A DNA stretch of 64,000 bases, from contig JAVJQW010000006.1 in NCBI GenBank assembly GCA_040218735.1, forward strand, positions 32,001 through 96,000, given 5' to 3'. Each line of letters begins with the position of its first letter. The first letter of the stretch is position 1. Made by a program: the position numbers and the translations under genes. The notes beneath the pieces were generated by a model. It worked only from the letters and a program-made list of their open reading frames with translations. It was not told the origin of the DNA and ran no database searches. This DNA is from Deltaproteobacteria bacterium. GTDB taxonomy: Bacteria > Myxococcota > Kuafuiibacteriia > Kuafuiibacteriales > Kuafuiibacteriaceae. Shown piece by piece: positions 28,003 through 37,462 of this stretch.

Positions 28003-28620
28003 ATGGTCCTCGCCCAGCGCTCCCTGTTCGGGACGAATGACGCACCCCGCATCGATCGCCGCCTCACGGGGCTCCGTCGCGTCGAGCTCGGCGACGGCGC
28101 CTGGATCGATCACCTGCCCGGGTGGGTCGAGGGGCACGCCGTGCTGTTCGACGCGCTGCGCACCGCGATGCAGTGGCGTACGGCGAAGCGGCCCATGTAC
28201 GACCGCATCGTCGACGTCCCGCGGATGCTCGCGTCCGTCCCGGACGACGGCGTGCCGCCGCCGGTGGTCGACGACATCGCGCTCGCGCTCTCGGCGCAGT
28301 ACGGGCTCCTCTTCGAGTTCGTGCACATGGCGCTGTACCGCGACGGCCAGGACAGCGTCGCGATGCATGCCGACCACGTCCTCTTCGACACGATCGTCCC
28401 GATCGTCTCCGTGGGTACGCCGCGCAAGTTCGTGCTGAAGCCGGCGAACGGCGGACCGTCACGCGCGCTCACGCTGGGGTGGGGCGATCTGCTGGTCATG
28501 GGCGGGACGTGTCAGTCCACGTGGATGCACGGCGTCCCCAAGACCAAACGCCACGCCGACCCGCGCATCAGCATCATGTTCCGCACCCAAGCGAGTCGGG
28601 TAGGCCAACGCCAAGACTGA
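28003..28620 (+). CDS. AlkB-family 2OG-Fe(II) dioxygenase
   Basis: YRDGQDSVAMHAD, GDLLVMGG, WMHGVPK, RISIMFR. Confidence 0.9.
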   Translation: MVLAQRSLFGTNDAPRIDRRLTGLRRVELGDGAWIDHLPGWVEGHAVLFDALRTAMQWRTAKRPMYDRIVDVPRMLASVPDDGVPPPVVDDIALALSAQYGLLFEFVHMALYRDGQDSVAMHADHVLFDTIVPIVSVGTPRKFVLKPANGGPSRALTLGWGDLLVMGGTCQSTWMHGVPKTKRHADPRISIMFRTQASRVGQRQD

Positions 28621-28642
28621 GCCGGCCGGCGCTACCGGAGGA

Positions 28643-29311
28643 CTAACGGCCCGTGAAGCCCTTCACCGCGTCGAGGATCTCCTGGCCGTCGGCGTTTTCG
28701 TTCCCCGACGGGGTGCCGTGCGTGGAGATGTACTCGATGACCATCGTGTCGCGCGGGACGATCAGGTCGAAGCCCCGGCCGATCGCAAACGGCGAGTTGT
28801 CGAACGCGCGCGCGACGGGCGCGGTCTCGCCGTCACCGACGCAGACCCCGCGGTCCGCGCCGAACCCGCGAATCGTGTCGTAGCAGCTCTGCGCCGTGCC
28901 CGGCTGCGAACGTGAGTTCGCCTCGAGCACCCAGATGATCCCGGCGCCCGCGGCTTCGATTTGATCGTCGTACTCGGCCACCGACCTGGCGTGCCTGATA
29001 CAGGCGCTTCACCAGGCCGGGACGGACACGAACAACAGGACGTCGAACGGGCTCCAGTCCATGTCGTCGTCGGTGTCACAGTGCGCGTGTTCGAGGTCGA
29101 GCGCGGTCATCGCCTGGTCTTCGAGCGCGCGCGCGCTCGCCCAGCGATAGGGCCAGATCACCTGGTCCTCGGTCATCGGCTCGATCGCGCCGTCCGGATA
29201 GGCGCACGCTCCGGTGCGGGGGCCGCCGTCGCGCACGATGGCGTCCGCGGGGATGCCGTTCTGTCCGCAGGCGAAGCCGACCAGCGAGGTCAGCGCGATC
29301 CACCACCGCAT
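28643..29311 (-). CDS. Selenocysteine-containing thioredoxin/peroxiredoxin-like lipoprotein (UxxC)
   Basis: ORFs 29009..29329 and 28643..28981 are in the same frame. Read-through of TGA (29009-29011) gives LLFVSVPAW-U-SAC-IRHARSVAEY. Lipobox GFAC. Confidence 0.8.
28976..28995 (-). promoter_or_regulatory. Putative bacterial SECIS hairpin
   Basis: GGC(A)CGCC-AGGUC-GGUG-GCC begins 13 nt 3' of the UGA. Loop AGGUC as in E. coli fdhF SECIS. Confidence 0.7.
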
Positions 29312-29376
29312 CGGCGGCAAGCGTGCCACGGCGAGCGGTTCATTGGCCAGTTGGGGGATGTTAGAACGGCGGTCCC

Positions 29377-30249
29377 GTGTCCCACGCCGTCGACAGCCCG
29401 TACCTAGTCCCCTTCGACGAGAGGTTCGACCTCGACCAGGCGCAGACCGCGCCCCCGAAGGACGCGCCGAAGAAGAAGGCGCTCGAGGACCAGCTCGACG
29501 ATCACGTCGATCGCCTCGCGAAGATCCAACGCAAGCTCTACGCCGACGACCGCTTCTCCGTCCTCGCGGTCTTCCAGGCGATGGACGCCGCCGGCAAGGA
29601 CAGCACGATCCGGAAGGTCTTCTCCGGCGTGAACCCCGCCGGCTTCCAGGTGACGCCGTTCAAGAAACCGTCGTCGACGGAGCTCGACCACGACTTCCTC
29701 TGGCGCACCACCCTCGCGCTCCCCGAGCGCGGCCGGATCGGCGTCTTCAACCGCAGCTACTACGAAGAGGTCCTCGTCGTACGCGTGCACCCGAAGATCC
29801 TCGAGTACCAGCGCCTCCCGAACGTCGACGCGTCCACGATTTGGGACGAGCGCTTCGCGTCGATCGCCGACTTCGAAAAACACCTCGCGCGCAACGGCAC
29901 CGTCGTCGTGAAGTTCTTCCTCAACGTCTCCAAGGACGAGCAGAAGGCGCGCTTCCTCGCGCGTCTCGACGACCCGAAGAAGAACTGGAAGTTCTCCGAG
30001 GGCGACCTCGACGAGCGCGAGCACTGGGCCGACTACCAGGCCGCGTACCAGGACGCCCTGCGGCGCACGTCGCGTCCGAACGCCCCGTGGTACTGCATCC
30101 CGGCCGACGACAAACCGTTCATGCGTGCCACGGTCGCGTCGATCCTCGCGGACACGATCGAGGGACTCCCCCTGCGTTGGCCGGAGCTGTCCGCCGAAGA
30201 GGAGGCGAAGGTGCCCCAATGGCGGGCCCGCCTCGACGCCGACCGGTAA
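29377..30249 (+). CDS. ppk2: Polyphosphate kinase 2 family (class III-like)
   Basis: FQAMDAAGKDSTI, ELDHDFLWR, FNRSYYEEVL, PWYCIPADDK. Confidence 0.92.
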   Translation: MSHAVDSPYLVPFDERFDLDQAQTAPPKDAPKKKALEDQLDDHVDRLAKIQRKLYADDRFSVLAVFQAMDAAGKDSTIRKVFSGVNPAGFQVTPFKKPSSTELDHDFLWRTTLALPERGRIGVFNRSYYEEVLVVRVHPKILEYQRLPNVDASTIWDERFASIADFEKHLARNGTVVVKFFLNVSKDEQKARFLARLDDPKKNWKFSEGDLDEREHWADYQAAYQDALRRTSRPNAPWYCIPADDKPFMRATVASILADTIEGLPLRWPELSAEEEAKVPQWRARLDADR

Positions 30250-30305
30250 GGGATACCTAAAAGCCCTTGGAACGGGGTCCGCGGCGGTGCTACGAACGCG
30301 CCACC

Positions 30306-31736
30306 GTGGAGTTCCCGACGATCAAGTTCGTCTACTTCGCGCTCATCACGCTGACGATCAGCTGGCTCCTCTTCCAGAAGCGCACGGTCCAGAAGGTCTT
30401 CCTCCTCGCGGCGTCGTACTACTTCGCGTGGCAGTGGAAGCCGCTGTTCCTCGGCGTCATCGTCTTCTCGTCGCTGATGAACTACGGCTTCGGCCGCGCG
30501 CTCACCGCGATGCGCGGCCACCCGAAGCGGCAAGCCGTGTTGACGGTGGGGCTCGTCGCGAACCTCGGCGTCCTCGGGTTCTTCAAGTACTACGGCTTCT
30601 TCATCGAGAACCTGCAGAACCTCACCGACCTGCTCGGCCTGTCGGTGCACCTGCCGATCCTCGAGGTGCTCGTCCCGTTCGGGATCAGCTTCTACACGTT
30701 CCAGGGGATGTCGTACCTGGTCGACACCCACCGCGACCAGGCGGTGCAGCCTCAGACGCTGCTCGACTGGATGCTGTTCATCAGCTTCTTCCCGCAGCTC
30801 GGGGCCGGGCCCATCTGCCGCTCCCACGAGCTGCTCCCCCAGCTGCACGCCCCCGCGCCCGCGCGCATCGAGCGGCTCTCCGAGGCGGTCGCGCTGATCG
30901 GCACCGGCCTCTTCAAGAAGATGGTGATGGCGACCTACCTCGCGTCGCACACCACCACGGACGCGTTCCTGTTCCCGAAGAACTGGTCGACCGTCGAGCT
31001 CGTGCTCGCGACCTACGCGTACACCGCGCAGGTGTACCTCGACTTCTCGGGCTACACCGACATCGCGCGCGGCGTCGGGCTGCTGTTCGGCTTCGACATC
31101 CCCGAGAACTTCAACTACCCGTACCGCGCGACGAACATCGGCGACTTCTGGCGCCGGTGGCACATCACGTTCTCCACCTGGCTGCGGCACTACATCTACT
31201 TCCCGCTCGGCGGCTCGCGGAAGGGGAAGCTGCGCACGTACTTCAACCTGATGGTCACGTTCGTCTCGTGCGGCATCTGGCACGGGGCGTCGTGGGGTTA
31301 CATCATCTGGGGCGGTCTGCACGGCATCGGGCTGACCGTGTACAAGGCGTCGCTCGACATCCGGCGTGACCTCGGCATGAAGGCCGAGGGGCCCTGGCCG
31401 TGGTGGTGGTCCGTCATGGGTTGGTTCATGACGCTGTCGTTCTGCGCGTTCGCGCGCATCTTCTTCAAGACGCCGGACCTCGTCACTGCGTTCGACTTCT
31501 GGGGGGTGCTGTTCTCGTTCACCGGTCGGGGCGCGGGCCTCGACGTCGGCGTGTTGTTCCTGACCTTCCTCACCATCTTCATGAACTTCTACGGGCGCCC
31601 GGTGTTCGACGCGCTCGTCAACCTCCACGACAAGATCCCCGCCATCGCGCGCCCCGTCGCGTGGGCGGCGATGATGCTCGCGCTGTTCACGCTCAAACCC
31701 GAGGGCATGGCGGCGACGATCTACTTCTCCTTCTGA
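30306..31736 (+). CDS. MBOAT O-acyltransferase (AlgI/PatA-like)
   Basis: GISFYTFQ, FFPQLGAGPI, DFSGYTDIA, FWRRWHI, GIWHGA. Confidence 0.93.
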   Translation: MEFPTIKFVYFALITLTISWLLFQKRTVQKVFLLAASYYFAWQWKPLFLGVIVFSSLMNYGFGRALTAMRGHPKRQAVLTVGLVANLGVLGFFKYYGFFIENLQNLTDLLGLSVHLPILEVLVPFGISFYTFQGMSYLVDTHRDQAVQPQTLLDWMLFISFFPQLGAGPICRSHELLPQLHAPAPARIERLSEAVALIGTGLFKKMVMATYLASHTTTDAFLFPKNWSTVELVLATYAYTAQVYLDFSGYTDIARGVGLLFGFDIPENFNYPYRATNIGDFWRRWHITFSTWLRHYIYFPLGGSRKGKLRTYFNLMVTFVSCGIWHGASWGYIIWGGLHGIGLTVYKASLDIRRDLGMKAEGPWPWWWSVMGWFMTLSFCAFARIFFKTPDLVTAFDFWGVLFSFTGRGAGLDVGVLFLTFLTIFMNFYGRPVFDALVNLHDKIPAIARPVAWAAMMLALFTLKPEGMAATIYFSF

Positions 31737-33073
31737 TGTCTCCCGGTAGCCGCCCCGTCCGTCCGCTCGTGCTCCAGATCAGCGTCTGGGTGGCCGTGCT
31801 CTTCCTGTCGCTCTACGGCGCCGGGCACGTGCGCGACGAGATCACCAAGAGCGACGAGCTGTCGCAGTACGAGTGGCTCACCGACCTCGCGACGTCCGCG
31901 ATGAAGCTCGGCGACACCGTCGGCCTCACCGCGCTCGACACTGAGCTGCAGGGGCTCCGCAAGAAGATCAACGCGCCCTACACCGTGCTCGAGGCGGAGG
32001 TGATCGAAGAGCCGCCGCCGCCGCCCGACGAGCCGCCGCCCCCGCCGGTGGACGACGACGGGCTCGTGCACCACCGCGCGCCGGCGAAGCGTCGGGTGCT
32101 GGTGATTGGCGCTTCGTCGATCCAGTTCGCGGTGGGTGTCGAGTTCGAGAAGCGTCTGCCCACGTACGAGGGGGTGAAGGTGAAGCGCTTCGGTCAGCTC
32201 GCGACCGGGCTGTCGCGGCCGGACTTCATGGACTGGCCGAAGAAGCTCGAAGCGCTCGCGTCGGCGTTCAAGCCGGACCTCGTGATCACGAACTTCGGTG
32301 GCAACGACGCGCAGGCCATCCCGGTCGGCAAGTACGACAAGATCAAGTTCAGCGACCCGGGGTGGGACGACAAGTACGCGGAGCGGGTGAAGGAGATCAT
32401 CACGATCTCCAAGAAACACGGCGCCGACGTCGTCATGCTCGGCATGCCCGTGATGCGGAAGGCGTCGTTCAAGAAGAAGATCAAGCGCCTCAACCGCGTC
32501 ACCAAGCAGGCGGCGGAAGAGGAGGGCGCGCTGTTCATCTCGACGTACGAGATGGCGAGCACGAAGAAGGGCGCCTACAAACAGACGATCGAGTTCAACG
32601 GCAAGCGCGGCCTGATGCGCACCAGCGACGGCATCCACTACACGCGGCTCGGCGCGAAGTTCATCGTCGAGCAGGTCATGCAGATCGTTCAGCGGCACTA
32701 CCGCTTCGTCGATCCGGAGCCCGAGCTGGCGGTGCCGCAGCCGCACGCGTTCGAGTCGAAGATCCTCGGCGAGCGCGTCGACTACGTCGCTTACCTGCCG
32801 CGCGGGGAGGGGCCCTTCCCCGGCGTCATCATGGTGCCGGACGAGGCGTGGGCGACGTGGCCCGACCACCCGCACCGTCGCCTGCAGCGCGCGGCGCAGG
32901 CGAACAAGAAGCTCATCATCGTGCCGCGGGACGCTTCGCTGTCGAAGCAGGTCATCGCGGACGAGCTGCTACCGGACGCCGCGAAGCACCTCCCGCTCGA
33001 TGGTGACGCCGAGCTGTTGGATCCCGAAGCACGTGCGGCGGCCGAGTGGTGGTCGCCGGCGAGCGGCAGTTAG
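31736..33073 (+). CDS. DUF459/SGNH-family periplasmic O-acetyltransferase partner
   Basis: VLVIGASS, TGLSRPDF, FGGND, DGIH; coupled to the MBOAT gene (TGATG). Confidence 0.8.
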   Translation: MSPGSRPVRPLVLQISVWVAVLFLSLYGAGHVRDEITKSDELSQYEWLTDLATSAMKLGDTVGLTALDTELQGLRKKINAPYTVLEAEVIEEPPPPPDEPPPPPVDDDGLVHHRAPAKRRVLVIGASSIQFAVGVEFEKRLPTYEGVKVKRFGQLATGLSRPDFMDWPKKLEALASAFKPDLVITNFGGNDAQAIPVGKYDKIKFSDPGWDDKYAERVKEIITISKKHGADVVMLGMPVMRKASFKKKIKRLNRVTKQAAEEEGALFISTYEMASTKKGAYKQTIEFNGKRGLMRTSDGIHYTRLGAKFIVEQVMQIVQRHYRFVDPEPELAVPQPHAFESKILGERVDYVAYLPRGEGPFPGVIMVPDEAWATWPDHPHRRLQRAAQANKKLIIVPRDASLSKQVIADELLPDAAKHLPLDGDAELLDPEARAAAEWWSPASGS

Positions 33074-34590
33074 CGCTGCATCGCGGCGTCGCGCACGGGC
33101 ACGACCACGTCCGTGCCGTTACCGTACGGCGTGACCGTGCAGCCGCCCATCATGTCGAACTGGACCTCGGCGACCTTCCAGAAGTCGTTCATGTCGGGCG
33201 TGATGTAGTTGCCCTGCAGGAGCGTCGGTCCGTAGCTCGCCATGAGGACGCCGTCGCAGAAGATCCGCACGAGCGCGTCGGCGGGGGCCGGCAGGTCGCC
33301 GCCGATGTCCGCGGTCTCGACGCCGAGCGCGTAGGCGTGCCCGGGCGTGGGGAAGTCGATGAAGATGCGCTGAGGGCCGTAGATGAAGCCGACCCAGAGC
33401 GGGTCGTCCGAGAAGTCCATCGGGTTGTCCCAATCCACGGGGAGGTCGAAGCACCGCGGGCCGCCGCAGTCGTACGCCTCGTCGAACCACGAGGTCGCGA
33501 GCGGGTGGAGGAGGTGCGCGAAGAGGACTTCGTTCGAAGCGTAGCGCGGGACGGTCGGGCTCCAGATCAACTCCATGCGGAAGCCGGAGGCGATCGTCGG
33601 GTTGAACGTGACTTCGCAGGCGGAGGCCTGGCGCAGGTCGTCGATCGCCAGGTAACGCATCCGATAGGTGCCCGCGAGATCGAGGAGCACCGTCGTCGCT
33701 TCCTCGTAGCGTTCGTAGGGCTCGGAGTAGGAGCCCAGCGGCCGCTCCTCCACGCTCCACTCGGTGTGCATGATCTGGCCGTCGTCGACCACCGACGCGC
33801 TCGGGTCCGCCGGGCGATCCACGATCGCGTTCGGGCCGGGTGAGCAGCTGACGGTCGGCGGCGTGTTGCACTTGTCGGCGTCCTCGTCGACGAGCCCGTC
33901 GCGGTCGGCGTCGATTCCGTCCACGCAGTCCAAGACCGATGGACAGCGAAAACCGCCGGCCGGGTCGGCTTCACACGCGCCCGCGAGGCACGGGAAGTAG
34001 GCCTCCTGACGCGGGTCGCAGGTCTCGCCCGGGGCGACGGCGCCCGTGACCCGCAAGAAGACGTCGCCTTCCTCCGGTCCGAAGCCGTCGACGATCGCGG
34101 CGTACCGTCCGGCCGGGAAGTCTTCGATGCGGAAGCGGGACGTGCGGTCGAACGTCGTGTCGGTCTCGGTCTCGTCGGTGCACACCAGGCGGTTCCGCGG
34201 GTCGCAGTCGTTCTCGTAGAAGTGCAGCGTGGTGTCGAAGTTCGATCCTGCGGTCGAAACCTCCAGGAACCAGAGGCGGCCGGGCACATCGAACCCGAAA
34301 ACGAGGTCCTTGCCGCCGCTCGGGAAACATCCTCCTTCGTAGCCGTTGTTCGCGTCGGCGGTGGAGCCCACGCCGATGCCGTCCGCGGAGATCGGTTCGA
34401 TGCCGGGACACTCGGCGAGCGGGATCGCCTCGAAACCGCCGTCACGCGGCGTTTCCTTCTTCATCCCGGCGTCGCAGGAGTTGGTCGTCTCACACGCGAA
34501 GTCTTCGAGTGGGACGACGCGGTCCACCGTGCAGGACGTGCCGACGACGAGCACCCCGAAGACCGAAGAGAGGACGCGTGAAACGGACAC
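33070..34590 (-). CDS. Cys-rich lipoprotein with PPC-like and PKD/Ig-like segments
   Basis: Lipobox GTSC; STAGSNFDTTLH..GRYAAIVDGF; WSVEERPLGS..LAGTYRMR. Confidence 0.65.
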   Translation of the reverse strand: MSVSRVLSSVFGVLVVGTSCTVDRVVPLEDFACETTNSCDAGMKKETPRDGGFEAIPLAECPGIEPISADGIGVGSTADANNGYEGGCFPSGGKDLVFGFDVPGRLWFLEVSTAGSNFDTTLHFYENDCDPRNRLVCTDETETDTTFDRTSRFRIEDFPAGRYAAIVDGFGPEEGDVFLRVTGAVAPGETCDPRQEAYFPCLAGACEADPAGGFRCPSVLDCVDGIDADRDGLVDEDADKCNTPPTVSCSPGPNAIVDRPADPSASVVDDGQIMHTEWSVEERPLGSYSEPYERYEEATTVLLDLAGTYRMRYLAIDDLRQASACEVTFNPTIASGFRMELIWSPTVPRYASNEVLFAHLLHPLATSWFDEAYDCGGPRCFDLPVDWDNPMDFSDDPLWVGFIYGPQRIFIDFPTPGHAYALGVETADIGGDLPAPADALVRIFCDGVLMASYGPTLLQGNYITPDMNDFWKVAEVQFDMMGGCTVTPYGNGTDVVVPVRDAAMQR

Positions 34591-34708
34591 CGCGTGTCCA
34601 ACCTAGCGCCCACGCGGCGTGCCCGCAAAGCGGACGATGCGACGACGAGGCTGGACCGGTAGGTCGGGTGACTTGCGCACCCCGAGGGAAAGCCGTTCAA
34701 TCGCCCTC

Positions 34709-35737
34709 ATGAGGACTTGGGAGATCGCGATCGCCGCGTCATTGGGCGCGTTCGCGTGGGCGTGTGACACAGCGGACGGCACCGAGGGGTCGAGCTGTCC
34801 GAACACCAACAACTGCATCATGCCGTTGGTGTGTATCGACAACATCTGCCAGCAGCCGCCGGCGGAGCGCGACGGGGGTGCGCCGCCGCGCGACGGAGGT
34901 GTCGTGCGCGACGGTGGTCCGCCGCGCGACGGCGGCATCGAGTACGACCAGGCCTTCAACGGCGGGACCTTCACGGTGACACCGGCCGGGACGACCGCGG
35001 GCTTCGATCAGATGACCGGCACCGCCGCGATGGTTCGCGAGGACACCGGCTACACCGACGTCCGCGTCGAGGTGACGGGGCTGACGCCGGACACGACGTT
35101 CGCGACGCACGTGCACGACGCGCCCTGCAACGACAACGGGGGCGGGCCGCACTACAAGATCGACGAGATGGAGATGGACACCATCGAGAGCAACGAGATC
35201 TGGCCGAACATCGACGTGAACACCGACGGCGATGGCGTCGGCCTCATCCGCGTGAATCACTACGCGCGTCCGTCGGCGACGTCGGTCGTGATCCACGAGC
35301 CGATGATGGCGGAGCGCATCGCGTGTGCGGACCTGTCGCCGAACGCGGACCTCACCGGGAACGGGACGTTCGTGGAGCTCGCGGCCGGGGTCGGGCGCGG
35401 GATCACCGGTACCGCCGAGCTTCGTCGTTACCCAGGTGGGACGCAGGCGAGTGTGACCCTGATGGGGAACCTGACGGCCGACACCACGTATCCCATCCAC
35501 GTGCACGCGTCGCCGTGCGACGTGAACAACGGCGGTCCGCACTACAAGATCGACGCGGACGAGAACGAGACCATCGAGGAAAACGAGATCTGGCCGAGCG
35601 CGACGGCGGATGGCACCGGCACGATGGCGATGGGCACGGCGACGACGCCCCACATTGCGCGCTTCGAAGCCGCGTCGTTGGTCGTGCACGATCCGGATAA
35701 CGGCGATCGTCTCCTTTGCGCTGATTTGTGGTGGTAA
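34709..35737 (+). CDS. Lipoprotein with two tandem Cu/Zn-SOD-like domains
   Basis: Two copies of HVH..PC..GGPHYK..NEIWP..VV(I)H..R..CADL. Confidence 0.82.
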   Translation: MRTWEIAIAASLGAFAWACDTADGTEGSSCPNTNNCIMPLVCIDNICQQPPAERDGGAPPRDGGVVRDGGPPRDGGIEYDQAFNGGTFTVTPAGTTAGFDQMTGTAAMVREDTGYTDVRVEVTGLTPDTTFATHVHDAPCNDNGGGPHYKIDEMEMDTIESNEIWPNIDVNTDGDGVGLIRVNHYARPSATSVVIHEPMMAERIACADLSPNADLTGNGTFVELAAGVGRGITGTAELRRYPGGTQASVTLMGNLTADTTYPIHVHASPCDVNNGGPHYKIDADENETIEENEIWPSATADGTGTMAMGTATTPHIARFEAASLVVHDPDNGDRLLCADLWW

Positions 35738-35749
35738 TCTGAGCCGCGC

Positions 35750-37462
35750 ATGACGCGGCTCGTCTCCTTCACGCTCGGCTTCACACTCCTCGCCGCCTGC
35801 TCCTCCGGCGACGACGGCCCTGAACCCATCCGCGACGGCGGCGTGCGGGACGGCGGCGTCGTTCGCGATGGCGGCCCGCGCGACGGCGGCTACGTCGAGC
35901 CCGACATCTGCGACGAGCTGGGCCTGGCCCGCGTTCCGTTCACGGCGCAGGGCACCGGCTACGCGTTCGGCGACATCGCCGGCGACTTCTCGGTCACGAC
36001 GCTCGCCGGGAGCTGGGTCTTCAGCCAGGAGTGGACCGGCTGCGAGTCGTACACCTTCCTCAACTACCTCCCGGACCAGGCGACGACGTTCGAGGAGGAG
36101 CTGTGGGGCTCCGACCCTTCGGTGTTCGTGGACACGCCGCTCAACGCGCACTTCTTCTTCCTCGTGACGCTCGGGCAGGAGACCGCGCGCGTCGAGCAGC
36201 TCGAGGTGGTGAAGACGCAGATCGACGCGGCGATCGCGGCGTCGACGATGGACGACGAGGAACGTGACAAGCAGCAGCGCCGCTTCCACTACGTCACGGA
36301 TCCTCCGGTGCGGATCGCGGGGAGCGTCAGTGAGCTCATCCAGGACTACAACAGCTACCGCGCCGACCGCGACAACTACGCGGACCTCGGCAACCGCGGT
36401 TTTGCGCCTCCGCCCGCGGCGCACGTGTTTGCGATCGACCGCGACCAGCGTTGGGACTCCGGCGGCAACCTCAACCAGACCGTGGGCTCGCCGCCGAGCT
36501 TCCAGATGGCGTCCTTCCTCCCCGGGTTCTTCGACCACAAGGCGGCGATCCGCGATCGCGTCGCGTCCGAGTCGGGCGTCGAGACGTACGTGCTGGTCGA
36601 CGAGACGGTGACCGAGCGTGAGCTGATCCGCGACGCGATGCTCCCGACCGGAGCGGCGATGGCGAGCTACGACACGCTGGAGGTCGACGTCACCGTGACC
36701 TGCCGCGAGCGCAACGTCTTCGACTGCTCGGAGTGGGACCGCATCGCGCACATCTTCGTGTGTGCGGACGAGACGTGCGCGGATCGCGAGGAGCTCGTCC
36801 GGTGGATCACGCCGTACTGGCGACGCGGGCAGCGGCGCTGGATCATGGACGCCTCGTCGCTGATGGGGCTCGTCGCCGACGGCGGCCAAACCTACTTCCA
36901 GGTCGTCATGGGGCCGACCTGGGAGCGTGCGACGCCGCGCGATGTTCGCGTCGCGGTGCGCCTGTCGAACCAGGGCGCGGGTGAGCGCGCGACGGGCGCC
37001 GCGCTCGCGTTCACGGGCGGCACGTTCGGACCCGACTACAACACCCGCGACCCGTTCAGCTTCACACCTCCGGCGACCGCGTCGCGGGCCGAGCTCGTGG
37101 TCGTGCTGAGCGGCCACGGCCAGGAGGCCGGGAACAACTGCGCCGAGTGGTGCGACCACCGCCACCGCTTCAGCGTCGGCGGGACCGCGCTGCAGGAGAT
37201 TCGACACGAAGGCCAGATCGGATCGCGCGACGGCTGCGGTCCGGCGTCGTCCCGCGGCGTGCCGCCGGGGCAGTACGGCAACTGGGCGCCGGAGCGCGCG
37301 TACTGGTGCCCAGGGCTCCCGGTGGATCCGATCCGCATCGACATCACGAACGAAGTCACGTTCGGGAGCGCGAACACCATCACCTACGAGGGTGCGTTTC
37401 GCACCGGGTCGCCGGCGGGCGGCAACATCAGTCTGAGCGCGTACGTCGTTTGGTACGAGTAG
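35750..37462 (+). CDS. Peptide-N-glycosidase F-like lipoprotein
   Basis: EWDR, ELVRWITPY, SGHG, CAEWC, RAYWCPG; lipobox LAAC. Confidence 0.82.
   Translation: MTRLVSFTLGFTLLAACSSGDDGPEPIRDGGVRDGGVVRDGGPRDGGYVEPDICDELGLARVPFTAQGTGYAFGDIAGDFSVTTLAGSWVFSQEWTGCESYTFLNYLPDQATTFEEELWGSDPSVFVDTPLNAHFFFLVTLGQETARVEQLEVVKTQIDAAIAASTMDDEERDKQQRRFHYVTDPPVRIAGSVSELIQDYNSYRADRDNYADLGNRGFAPPPAAHVFAIDRDQRWDSGGNLNQTVGSPPSFQMASFLPGFFDHKAAIRDRVASESGVETYVLVDETVTERELIRDAMLPTGAAMASYDTLEVDVTVTCRERNVFDCSEWDRIAHIFVCADETCADREELVRWITPYWRRGQRRWIMDASSLMGLVADGGQTYFQVVMGPTWERATPRDVRVAVRLSNQGAGERATGAALAFTGGTFGPDYNTRDPFSFTPPATASRAELVVVLSGHGQEAGNNCAEWCDHRHRFSVGGTALQEIRHEGQIGSRDGCGPASSRGVPPGQYGNWAPERAYWCPGLPVDPIRIDITNEVTFGSANTITYEGAFRTGSPAGGNISLSAYVVWYE

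Noticed and set aside
28643-29329. Pseudogene or two separate small genes
   Set aside because: The stop sits precisely in a UxxC motif and is followed by a SECIS-like hairpin, so recoding is the better explanation pending a check for sel genes.
35740-35764. Third TGAGCCG...CGTC ECF promoter
   Set aside because: The spacer is 14 nt rather than 16, and the CGTC lies inside the coding sequence.
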